Shown here piece by piece: positions 1-11,937 of a stretch of 64,000 nt of DNA; position 1 is the stretch's first letter, and every line of letters begins with the position of its first letter. The stretch comes from Catajapyx aquilonaris (Eukaryota): positions 1 through 64,000 of the forward strand of contig KZ538069.1 in NCBI GenBank assembly GCA_000934665.2, written 5' to 3'. Under the pieces are notes generated by a model. The model did no database searches and was not told where the DNA came from. It worked only from the letters and a program-made list of their open reading frames with translations. Made by a program: the position numbers and the translations under genes.

Positions 1-525
1 AACGACCCCGAAAACGTACGAATACACACCCCGCACCCCTATCTCATGGTTCAATTGCCGGCATGTCGAAATGCCCGTTCTTTTTTAAAAATGGCGGGCT
101 TTTAGCAACTTCCGGTCATCGGATTGACATTGTACCACAACCAGTGTGACGGACACATGTGAGTTGTGGGGAAACGACACCTGGAACATGTCTGGCGCTG
201 AAATCCGATTTTTTTAAAAAAGGTTTTTTTCAAAATCCACAATCCACCCTATTTCCAACGCTACTACGAACCCACAGGGGTTTGGCGAAAGGAACTGCGG
301 GTCAAATCGCGTAGATAGGTCCAAGGAACAACTGTGCAAAGTGGCTCGCTTGCCTGACAAAATGCGGTTTTTTCCCGTGTACCGCTAGCACTATAACCCC
401 CATCATAGGGTCCGGCAATGAACTTATCCCCCAATCCCAGTCCCCAATCCTAATCCCAATTAATCGCCAATCAAGCTCGTAACATTAGTAAGTGTGAAAT
501 AAGGACTCGTAAGAGTTATTATTTG

Positions 526-883
526 GGAAGGCGTGGTGGCCGAGATGGTAACGACTCAGCTTTCTGTGTGAAAGGTCTCGGATTTGAACCTCGCCCTGGA
601 GTTCCCTTTTGCCTGGTCAAGAGGGTCTCTGACCCGCACATTGGAGGCGTCTGGCAACCTAACCTCCAGGGAGACAGCGCATGACCCAGTTTCAGACATT
701 GCACTTGCGCCCGTGTCTCCTCCCCAAAAATCCCCATTCCTACCCCATGTCCTTTCTTCCCTGCACAGAGTTGAAGAAAAACTAGAAAAACGAAAAATGA
801 CAAATATGGTGGTGTTCCACTCTCCTAAAAGAGCAATACCCTCTCAATGGGGTTAATAAAATAAAGTATTTAAAAAATAATAA
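526..883 (+). mobile_element. tRNA-derived SINE (family A)
   Basis: Pol III A-box TGGCCGAGATGG, degenerate B-box, body shared with copies at 19358, 33602(-) and 50652, and an A/T-rich tail. Confidence 0.8.
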
Positions 884-1634
884 TTCTTATTCAAAGGTAC
901 AGTACAATAAGAAAATCAGGTCACCTGAGTCATGAATAAACATATTTCCCGATTTATCTATTATTACTTTTTATTTTATTTTTAATTTGCTACCCTGTGC
1001 TGGAGCCATTGGCTCCCTTAGCGGGGTGGAATACCACCATTTTTTCTTACGAATTTTTTCTTTCGCATTTTTCTCTCCGGTGCAGGGATCAGGATAGGGA
1101 TTTGTGATTTACCTATTACAGTTACACCAAAGAAAGTAGATATCATAGATATTGGTAGATAAACTTTAAGATGCTGAGCACTTTGCTCTGCTAATAAAGA
1201 ATTTTGGTGCCGAAAGTGCATAATGAGTTAATTTATAATGTGATACTTGAATTGCAATTGCAAAAATGCTGATTGCTTTTTACAAAAATTACCATAATAG
1301 TAATAATAATAATCCAGGTAGAGCTGTGACCCCTTTGTGGAATATGTTGCATGGTCCTTTATTATTTTGTGATATTACATATTGGAACCTTTTTGCAAAA
1401 TGCCCAAGTCAGACAGTGGGGGGGCGGGGGGGGGGGGGGGGNNNGGGGGGGGCAGACGGGAGATGCAAAGTGCAAGTGCAATGTCTCATATGGTCACTTT
1501 GCATGTTCCCCCAGGTGGTTAGTCGTGAGGAATCCCACCGTAGACAAAGCCAAAGATGACCCAACTCCACATGAGATGAAAGGGGGATATATCCAAACTT
1601 GGGATCGAACTCAGGAGCCTGCCATCCCTGGGCA

Positions 1635-1787
1635 TGTAGTATGGGGCTCATATTGTTTTGGCCACTTTATCCTGGTCTTGAAGCAACCCTTCGCACAGGC
1701 CCTACGTTGAGCAGGTGTGTGTGTGTGTGAAGGGTTGCTTCAAGAGCAGGATAAAGAGGCCAAAACAATTTGAGCCCCATAGTACAT
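1635..1787. repeat. Short inverted-repeat (MITE-like) hairpin between degenerate SINE fragments
   Basis: TATGGGGCTCATATTGTTTTGGCC...AAGCAACCCTTC is mirrored by GAAGGGTTGCTT...GGCCAAAACAATTTGAGCCCCATA. Confidence 0.6.
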
Positions 1788-1872
1788 TACTGTAGGGCCA
1801 CTCCTCCTCCCACATTACTTTTTTATAGTGTACCCCGTGATAGGACCCGAAGCCCTCATGGGGGGGGGGGGG

Positions 1873-1917
<45 letters not shown>

Positions 1918-2057
1918 GGAATACCACCATAGGGTGACTGGGAGGGGATGTGCAACATGCAAGTGCAACGTTTCTGATTGGTCATTTTGTGAACTCCCCC
2001 AGGTGGATGAAAAACTTGTAGACATATCTAAATGATTTAGGTTCTGAAATATTAGTA

Positions 2058-2818
2058 CAGTCAATAAGTTCCCGTCCCGGCCGCGGGAGGCCGGCAGGTG
2101 ACACGGAGACAGGTGCTGCTGTGGTTGGCTGTGAGGTACATTAGCAGTCACCAATCTGGCCAAGAGTGAACTCGGTGTGCTGCGTAATAGCTGCGGTACA
2201 CAGTCGAAAAATGTCGTTCACCATATCAGGCACGTCCAAGGCGGACGAATGGGCAGTAATTCAGTTCCTGTGTGCAGAGGGAGCGGGACCGAAGGAGATT
2301 CATACACGCATGAGGGCTGTGTATGGAGACACTTGCGTGGCGTACTCGACAGTGAAGGACTGGGTACGCCATTTCCACAGTGGTCGACAAGGCGCTTGTC
2401 CATCGACAGGATTGCTGAGCAGGCATGCAAGCGCCGATCACTTTGAACCAACCCCTCGACGCACACTAGGCTTGCATCGTTGGAGGAACAGGTCGGCCTG
2501 ACCGTGCCATGTCCGACGTGCCTTGTCGACCACTGCGGAAATGGCGTGGCCCTCATGCGTGTATGAATTTCCTTCGGTCCCGCTCCCTCTGCACCGCTCT
2601 GCACACAGGAACTGAATTACTGCCCGTTCGACCGACTTGGACGCGCCTGATATGGTGAACGACATTTTTCGACTGTGTACCGCAGCTATTACGCAGCACA
2701 CCGAGTTCACTCTTGGCCACATTGGTGACTGCTAATGTACCTCACAGCCAACCACAGCAGCACCTGTCTCCGTGTCACCTGCCGGCCTCCCGCGGCCGGG
2801 ACGGGAACTTATTGACTA
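2058..2818. mobile_element. Palindromic mariner derivative made of two inverted 5' ends including transposase N-terminal coding sequence
   Basis: TA flanks (2056-2057, 2819-2820) and inverted arms of about 300 bp. The left arm ORF from ATG 2211 (MSFTISG...AVIQFLCAEGAGPKEIHTRMRAVYGDTCVAYSTVKDWVRHFHSGR) is a mariner HTH. The right arm reads on to GRQGTSDMARSGRP and VEGLVQSDRR. Confidence 0.85.
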
Positions 2819-3029
2819 TACCTAATACTAAGAATTGTCTGATGTTTTGGTCTTACCTTAGCATGTTTCAATATAAGTTCAGTTTGTCACTCGGCAAATA
2901 TAAAGATGGTATTCGGTATTGTGCCAAACCAGCTCAGTCTTGACTTAACAGGGACAAGGGTGGCCCCCAACCCCTAAAGGTTCTTCACCCATTCTGAACA
3001 CACTACTGTCCCCTCATTTGTTCAAATAA

Positions 3030-3494
3030 GAATATAAACAACAGGTACAACAATAATCAACTAGTCTTCAGCCATGACGCGGAACCCTGAGGAACTTGAG
3101 AATTACTGGATGGACCTCAGTCATGACTAGGAGATACCATTGCTACGGTTGTTGCTTGTTGCAATCCTACCCTGCAGGTGCTGGTTGTCCTAGATCTTTG
3201 CAGCATGCAGTGTTCTTATGTATCCCCATAAGAAAAAGTCAAGCGAGGTAAGATCTGGGCATCTTGGGGCCCAGGCTTTAGGAAACTACAGACTGATTGA
3301 GTGGGTTTGGCATGAGACCAAATAACCATCTTAATATCTGCCCAGTGCCAAATGGAGCTCATAATGAAACATACTAAGGTAAGATCAAAACTTCAGACAT
3401 TTCTTAGCATTTCAAATTTTAAATCATTTAGATACGTTTACAAGTTTTAAAGTTATAGGGTTTTCAAATCCGCATTCTTTTTTGATGACACTGT
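3030..3494 (-). mobile_element. Decayed Tc1/mariner-superfamily relic
   Basis: The minus strand encodes PDLTSLDFFLWGYIR near 3220-3260. There is a terminal ...GACACTGTA, and sequence at about 3420-3450 is inverted relative to about 2010-2040. Confidence 0.55.
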
Positions 3495-5607
3495 AGTTAT
3501 TTGGGTCCCATAATTATGAAGCGAGTTAAGAACATTCTACATCCAAATAGAACTTCAGAAAAATATTCAAGAAATTGTCACTTCATGTGTCAGTGCTAAT
3601 GCAACCCAGTCTGATTCAAATTGGCCAATGTCATGATTTGGAGTTTTGCGTGGTTCGCAAAGGCTGTCTGCACCATCCATGGTAAAAAGCACTCATATCA
3701 ATCACTTACAAGCATGGCAAAGAAATAGCAAAATATTGCTTCCTGGAAGGCAATATCTGGTGCTTATTAATTTATTTCAGATTATTTAAAAGGTTAGGCT
3801 CCAGGAAATCACAAATATTACCCCCACTTCATACCATAGAACTGGCTTCTCTGGGGTGTACTGACCTGGTACTGACCCCCTTGTCGAACCCATTTTATAC
3901 TGGCATGCATGAGCATGTAGACTATATGTAGTAATGCAGTACAAATATTGGTAATGGAACAGATGTTTATGATAACCCCACCTACTCCATATGATTCTAA
4001 TCTCCAGAATTCTACACTGTACAAGTCAGATAGTGGACTTACGAGTTCATAACTAGCAATTAAACTCCTTTTGTGCTATCAGGATCTACATTCTTTGACC
4101 TCTTGAATATCTTTGAAGACACAAGAATAAGGAGGCAGCAATGTTAACAAAAGCCATAAGTAAATTTATGTAATTATTGACAAATGATGTAGGTATTCCC
4201 CAACACAGCATAATAATTATGATTATAACAGTTCAAAAATATCATGCCACCATGCTAGGGTTATAGTTAGCGATAAAAATATTGTGCATGGGCAATTTCT
4301 TGTATTTCAAATAGCTGCAAAAGTGAATGAAAAGTGGAGGAATTTGTTTGATAAAAGATGGTATCAAAGGTGAGCACTTCCTCTCGGAGTCAGGTGTCTT
4401 GCGAATTTATGGGTAAATTACTTGAGTTGATTTCAGCAATTTCATATCCATCCAAGAATCTGAATTGAGACAGGATAATTTTTCACCAATATTGAGCTGA
4501 GCTAACTTCAGGCATCCTCTGCAATATATACTGCACACAGGTAGATGCTAGATAAGCTGGTAAATGGTTAATGTAGACAGCCAAGTAATTTTAAAATTAA
4601 AATATAAATGCAGGTATGGCCACAGTAATTCACATGAATAAATTGAAACCACCTCCCTGAACGTAATTGTTCTTGTAACAAAATATTCTTCCACTCTTCC
4701 AGTGGTATGTGAACCTTGCAATGTCAGGTCACATATTCAAATGGTAAGGGAAAATATTAAAAGCTCTCACTGTGTAAGGCATAAACACATAATTAAAACA
4801 ATAGTAATGAAAACAACATCAGGCACTTGACCATAATATGCTTCTTCCATTGGTACTTTGTACTGTACAACATATTTTTACTATATTTCCTGTTCTTTGC
4901 CAATATACTCTCAATCCATATAAAACACTGATTCTCTGCATAAAAATAAGTACAGCGAGCACACAATAAAGTCTCACTGCATAAGTCATAATATTCTTTT
5001 TTCATTCTACGTGTATAAGTGTTCAACTGACAGCTGCTTTCTTCTACAAGAAATTTGAAAATATGTCAGTTGAAGGGGCAAAATAACAACAATTACCTAT
5101 GGACTGCGCCTCTGCCAGTCTTCACTGGGCACGGTATCACGGGCAGTCCTTGAATCTCACGGGCTACTTTTGAAGAATGATCTGTAGAGGAGTGTAGAAG
5201 AATCCCCTGGAATCAATCAAACGCCCAAAATGAATATTTTGCCCGATTTTGCCTGCCGACGAATGATTGGAACGATTTCGGTAGACAAGTCGGTACTACA
5301 TTTCCTCTTCATTTAGTATCCAACTATATAATTTTATATTATTATTTCATTTAAAATTCAAAGGACCATAAATATACTATAAAAGGTATTATTCACCTAA
5401 ATATTTGTGTTCCCGTCGAAGGTTCCCGTGTGTTCCGAACTTCAGTCCGTCCCTTCAATCTAGTAATACTGCTAAAGGGAACAGTTGAACCGGTTGAACC
5501 GATCCATGTGATAGCTGTAGGACAGGGTTGCATTGGCATTGGGGTTGGTTGATGGGAGCGTGGTTATAATTTGTCTCATTCATAGTTGACTCTGCATAAG
5601 TTGCAGG

Positions 5608-7338
5608 ATGGCGACGGCATCGACACCGGCAAATGCTCCTGCGGATGCGTCGGAAGTAGACGTCAGACAGGTGAAGTAATCCACACAACTGTAGAGCCAT
5701 TTTCCATAAAATATCTTCTCCCCTTGCAAACTAGTGTATAGCCTACTGCTCATTACACTAGGGCCAGCATGTAGTGGCCCTTGGTACAATATATTGTGTT
5801 GCATCACATTGGACCTCTTCCGTTTTGATGGGAGGTAGGTGAGAAGGCATGCACTTTGCCCCTATCAAGCCTGCGCTGAAATGCTTACACCTCAGCAATT
5901 CAGAAAAAAGACAGTTTATGTGTGATGCAGAGCAATAATGTCAGGGTCCCCAATATACAAGTCTTACATGGAGATATTCAGGTTATCATTTTTGTCAAGT
6001 TGAAGCTACATGTATTTGAAAGCATATTTCAAATACGCAAATGGCAACCCATTAAGAAATGAAACAGCAGTTTTTATTTCCGCTAGTTGGCAAAATGCAG
6101 GATCATAAACAGCTGATGATAAACTTGCTGAATGCAACATACCTATTCCTTACAGCAATTAAACCTTGCTACTTCATCAGCTACCTGTAGGTTTTAACTG
6201 TTTTATACTGTTTACCCTTGACAAGTTTGTTCATACAAGCTAACTATAGGAGCATTACTTATGCACTGCTTTGGGTATATTTTCACAGCTGAAGGATTTC
6301 CTGATATCCTACAACAGACTGGCTGAGTTTTGCTTCAACGACTGCGTCTGGGATTTCACCACCAGGGATATATTGCGCAAAGAGGTCTGGTTCATTTGAA
6401 TATACCCTTAGGACCAGTTGCACTAGTGAGATTCACCATAGCCACCTCTCTTATCTTATGTCAGCCACAGATATCCTTGACAAGGAATCTTAAAGGGACC
6501 TTCCAGGCCTGCCTACCAAACAATGGTGCATTCAATTGACGGCCACATCCAAATTGACATGGGGCATACCATTCCTCTTGTGTCTGCCATCCCAAGGAGA
6601 AACACCCTATCTACAACACCCATAAGGACAAAAGTCATATGCCTGGCTGCACATGACTTGATCTGACTGTAGATAGGAGGTTTCTCCTTGGGACAGCAGA
6701 TGTTATGTTATTAACCATAAGCAGTGGTGGGCACAGCTAACCAAAAGTTTAGCTTCTCTAACAGCTAATCCGACATTGCATGTCAGGGTTGGAACTGAAT
6801 ATTCACTTGCATCAGCTATCCAAGTACATTAGTGTTGTATTTCCTCGCCTATTTCCAGCCATGAGCATGTGCAGTAGATGCTCGGGTAGTGACTCGAGGT
6901 CTTGAGAGGGGGGAGCAGCCGGGGTGGAGAGGGTCGGACAGGTCGAATGTAACGTCAGATCATTCTCTCGTTTTCCATGCTGTAGATCCTCGTTTAATTT
7001 TTATTGCTTAAATAGGATTTATTCCGGAACAATAGGAATTGAATGATGGATCCAGGAATGATAGATCAAGGCTTCACTGTAGATGAATATATCCCTCTGT
7101 TTAAATTACTCCTCCTCCTATTCTCTCTCACTGCTTTTTAATAGGTCGTACGTTTTGTCATCCCACCTCACTATAACATGAAACTTTGGTCACTTTTCAG
7201 GAAAAATGTTCTCTGAATTGTGCTGAGAAGTTCCTGAAGATGAATCAGCGCATCTCCCAGAGGTTCCATGAGTTCCAGATATTATCAAATGAGAATTTAC
7301 AAGCTGCTGCACAGAAGCTGCCAAGCCAACCAACTTAA
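5608..7338 (+). CDS. TIMM9: Mitochondrial import inner membrane translocase subunit Tim9 (98 aa, 3 coding exons)
   Basis: Exons 5608-5670, 6289-6384 and 7201-7338, all phase 0 with GT-AG introns, give MATASTPANAPADASEVDVRQ-LKDFLISYNRLAEFCFNDCVWDFTTRDILRKE-EKCSLNCAEKFLKMNQRISQRFHEFQ...PSQPT*. Twin CX3C motif (CFNDC, CSLNC) plus the Tim9-type DFTTR and KFLKMNQRISQRF segments. Confidence 0.93.
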
Positions 7339-8980
7339 AAGTGTTGCAGCTGAACATATGTTTTGTAGCATTTATATGGTCTCCTGCATATAAAAAATGT
7401 CTCAATGTATAGTTTTGCATAGGAATGAGTTTCATTTAGTTGCAGCAGCCCGGGGTCAGCCCTCCATGGTGTACGAGCCTCCCTGAAATATTGCAAGGTG
7501 TAGAGGAAAAGGCTACGGAATTTGGTGTGTCTCTGTACCCTCAGCCAGAGACGAACTGCATCAGTCTAGGTCTCTAGGGTCAATTAAATGTAAAACATCA
7601 TTTATTTCAACATGAGCTGACAAGTTGGAGGTATAAATGCCAGTCAACAACATTTGTACTCCATAATGAAATCATTAATTTAACAATTTGCATTTTAACA
7701 GCATAAATTACCAATTTTAACAATGTTGCAATAATTTTGTGTCCTCAAGAACTGATCTCTGTCTTCAATGAAACAAGTTAAATTATATATTTATGCCATC
7801 AGATATTGCATCAGATACAGTGTATGTGATTGTCTGCATAGATGCTAAGCGCAGACTGCATTATTACAAATACCTAAATTTGTCTGTAGGCCTATGCATG
7901 AAAAAGGTCTTGACCATCCACCAAAAATCCAACAGCTGAAGTGGTGAAGGCTCAAGCCCACCAGCTACCATTTAAACAATTCAGTGCTACCTTACACTAT
8001 CCTTACACTAAAAGTAGTGGATTTAGGTCATGTAAGTGCACTTCCGTAAAGGACTAGCTATGTGTTGTCAACATTCACACAGCTTATTCCCTCCCAAAAC
8101 CAAGCAAGACCAAGCCAAGTTGCATGGCTTACCAATGGTCATGGAATTTCCATAACATCTGCATAAATATGTAATCCTTTTCCTGCAGAAGTTTGGTTGT
8201 CTATGAGCATGAGCATAGAGAAGGTTTCATTCCCAGCAACTGCAAAACACTTTTAAAATGCTCAAGAATAGGACAGTGCACACAGGGCCATGTGACAGAT
8301 CACCAATTGTGCCAACAAGGTACTTCTTACAATTATACTGACATTTTGAATCATTACACACCCATTGATTTCATTGCATAGTGACAAGTGAAGGGACTTT
8401 TTGCAGTTGACATCATCTCAATCATATGCATGAAGTGATGGTTACAAATTGTCTTCGGTGTGTACACATGAACAACAGGCAATGATTTGAGTGAGTTTTA
8501 TTCTCCTGTTTCCTCCCAGTCCGAAAACCTTTCTTCCTCTCAACCACTGTGTGCCAGATGCAATTTAAGTTACTTCGGTTCTCAACCAACCCCCCAATGA
8601 AGTAAAGCACATCAAAGATCAGACAATAATTATTACGTGACATCACCATTTCCAATTAAAACACTTTGGTGCCTTACATGTGTAAGAACTGCAATACAAT
8701 GTTCAAATCATTGTTTGAGTGAAATAAGGTTCTTTTTCATCAGTACCACTAATGACCAGAATGACTGGGCAACACCTAAAGTGGACTGAGGACAAAATTT
8801 TTGCAATATTAGATATATTGTTTATATAGTCACTCCTGCAAAGTGGTTTTAAATGTGTCATGGGTCCTGGGTCCACACGCAGTCATCTGTATTTTCTATC
8901 ATTGAAATTTGAAAAAGTAATAATAATGATGTAACACCATGATAGGTCAGTCACTTATAGGTTAGGGGCTCCTCTTTCAA

Positions 8981-9829
8981 CCCTTTGTCTCCCGCTGGAT
9001 TCTGCACTCTTTGGGTGGCGGTATAAAAATAGCGCCCTAGGTGAACATCACTGGATCTGGCACCATTGGTTTTGTTCTCGATTCATGCACAAGATGGGGG
9101 TGAAGCGTCCAAGACCTACCAACCTATGCTGCATTTCGATAGAGTGCATCAACCGCCTCATATACTATGCACGAGAGGTGACGTCATCCTATTGCAACAT
9201 CTACATGTTTTTTAAAAGGCAGCTTCCACCTCTCGATAAAATTCAAGATAATTCTATATGATTGCCCTGCCTTCTGATGAATTATGAAAACATAAAGTGT
9301 CAGTTCCAAAAATTTTAAAGGGCAGGTTTAAAAGGATATCATGTGATCCACCAGGTGCAAAAAAAAAGGTTGCTCAGGTGGCAAGCGGCCCCGCCTAGAG
9401 CTCGGAGCAGTCCGCCCTGCCAATTAGGAGCGAGGACACTTCACAGCCGCAGTGGCGCTGGGGGAGTTTGCCTACTCTTGACAGATCTTTGATTTTTTCA
9501 CGCACGAAAAGTAAGTAGCAGAATTTCGGGAATTTTTAAATGGTTTCCACTGCACGTCCACTTACTGGAAAATATGCGGAAGGTAGCTATGTGTATTTAA
9601 ATTCTTGCAGTAAGTGTTTGTCCACAACGAATGAGACCTTTGGCCTATGACGTCGTGCCATTAAAAATATCATACGAGTGGCATAAATACTCATGAACAT
9701 AGCCTTAGGTAACACTTCTAGTTTCTATGGTGAAAGAAATTTCCGTCGGAGTTATACCAGTGCATTTTAAAAAATTATTTTGTTCGGTTGCATTATAATG
9801 CAACCAACATGGCTGCAGGAGACAAAGGG
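8981..9829. mobile_element. piggyBac-type non-autonomous element
   Basis: Ends (tcaa)CCCTTTGTCTCC ... GGAGACAAAGGG(ttaa). Related pieces occur at about 30940-31030, 33640-33940 and 42960-43806. Confidence 0.7.
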
Positions 9830-11937
9830 TTAAACACCCAACTTTATTTAATCACTCCTGCTGATAGATTTTGATGTGGGAGGAAACAGGAGAACCCTGA
9901 GAAAATCCACATGAACACAGTGAGAATTCATTGGAACTCTTTCCACATGAGAATCCTCTGTCTGATCCTGCTATCTAATGTGGGACCTCAGAAATGGAAG
10001 GTGGTGGTATTAACCACTGCACAACTGTGTCACCCACCCTTGCCCCACCAAATTCAAATTACAACTACCTAAGAATTTCTTCAGTGCAGGGTTAACCCTC
10101 CAGGTACTGCAATGTGTATTTTAATAACTTTACCCCCTTGTCCATACATACTGTGTATTGCAATTTAAGTTCAGCATATATGCAAGATGCGAACATTTAA
10201 TGCACCATCACTTTGCGGAATGATAGAGGGGTTCTTGGTGATCATTTTAAGTATAGGTATCATAGATCTCTGCAGCCTAATTACTGAGATAAAGGACTTC
10301 AAACACAAGGTAATTCAACCCAATCTCTTTAGATGGCAATGGCTAGGCGATGAAAGTGTTGTAAGCTGTAGGCTATGATATGGAAGATGCTATAATGCAC
10401 TCTTGATTTAACGCTAATTATCTCGGTAACTAGGCTGGGGTGACTCAATACCTACGGTTGAAGTGATTGCCTAGAACTCCTCTACCATCCCCTAAAATGA
10501 TGATACGTTAAATTTTTGCACCCTGCATATCTTGGTACTAATTGTCATGGTTACACTGCACACTGCAACTTGCTGTTTCTAAATTAGAACTTCCAAACTG
10601 TCAGGACACTGTTCATTTTGAAACATATAAAAATGGTGGTGCTTCTCATGCTACTGAAAACTGGCTCAATGCATCATGCATAGTTTTGTGTGTGAGATGT
10701 CTACTACATTTATGTCAATTATTATTGCTAACACACAGGCACTTGAAATCTCTACATTGCACTTAGAATGTGCCAACACTTATAAATTTTAGATCAACAT
10801 ATAAAAGATATGGAGTCATAAGAACCCTTCTTGCTTAAAAACATGTCTAAAAATTCCACTAAGAGGTGCAAGTAAAATACAATAAAACCTCGTTAATTTA
10901 AAACTCAGGGGATCAAAAAATGTCACATGGAATTGTCCGAACATTCTCTTCCGCCCCACCAACATGTCCTCCACTGTAACATTCAGACAACTGTAAAATA
11001 GTACATCGGAGTCTGTTTTTGCATGCCTGCAGTTGTGGTAGTTGCTAACGATTAACATGCCATCCATGTAACATCTGCATCACTTAATTTTTATCCTGAT
11101 GGGAAAAATGCATAAACCTGTGAAAACATAATTTTGTCATGTTTACTACTGCAATTTTGACATTTGCAATTCGATTTTAATGAATTTAACGTAATTTGAA
11201 TAAATGGGATAATTTGAAGCATGGAAAATATGCAGATATGCAGTTTATTTTGCCTTCCAGGCATGAAATTAATTTTGAATTTTAAAACGCACACATTTTG
11301 AATTAAGCAAATTAAAGTGACTAATATCATATATTAACATCTGGGGAACAATAATCATTTCAAGTTAAGTAGTGTTTCAAATGATCCTATTACAAGTTAA
11401 TGAGGCTTCATGGTACTTTGCATTTACCTCTATGGCACTAACTAGGCTAGTTTGTGGTCGCATAGATCAGAAATGCAATATCTGTCACAAAAAAATGCTA
11501 CTGGACATTTCTACTCCTTTAAAAATACATTACACAAATAATCTGAAAAATTCACTAATATCAAACTGAGCAACTCATACCGTATTGTGACTTACTTAAA
11601 AGTAATGCATATTTCAAAGTAATGCATATCATCAAGAGGGAGTCCAACAAGCACAGATCCCAAATGACTAAAAATACTCGTCCTTCTTACAATATTTACA
11701 GAACACATGATATTTCAATGCAATAAAACTGGTAAAAAAATAAGTCCATCTTTAAACATGTTTGCAGAACTGCAATTTGATTGCTATCGCTTCTCATTCC
11801 TTCTCTTACGTCTAAGTCCAGTAAAAAGTACACAAATTGCCATTAAGTACATTGCCTGGGCTTTACGCTTGTCAGTGATGAGATCACAGGCTGAACCCTT
11901 CAAATGTTAAAAACGCCATGAAGTGGAAGAAATCTAT

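Noticed and set aside
1418..1452. Poly-G runs as G-quadruplex elements (also about 32880, 51675, 61800, 62200)
   Set aside because: The runs contain Ns, so their lengths are unreliable assembly homopolymers.
6110..6182. TGATGA-containing stem in the TIMM9 intron as a C/D snoRNA
   Set aside because: There is no terminal CTGA box D at the 3' end of the stem.
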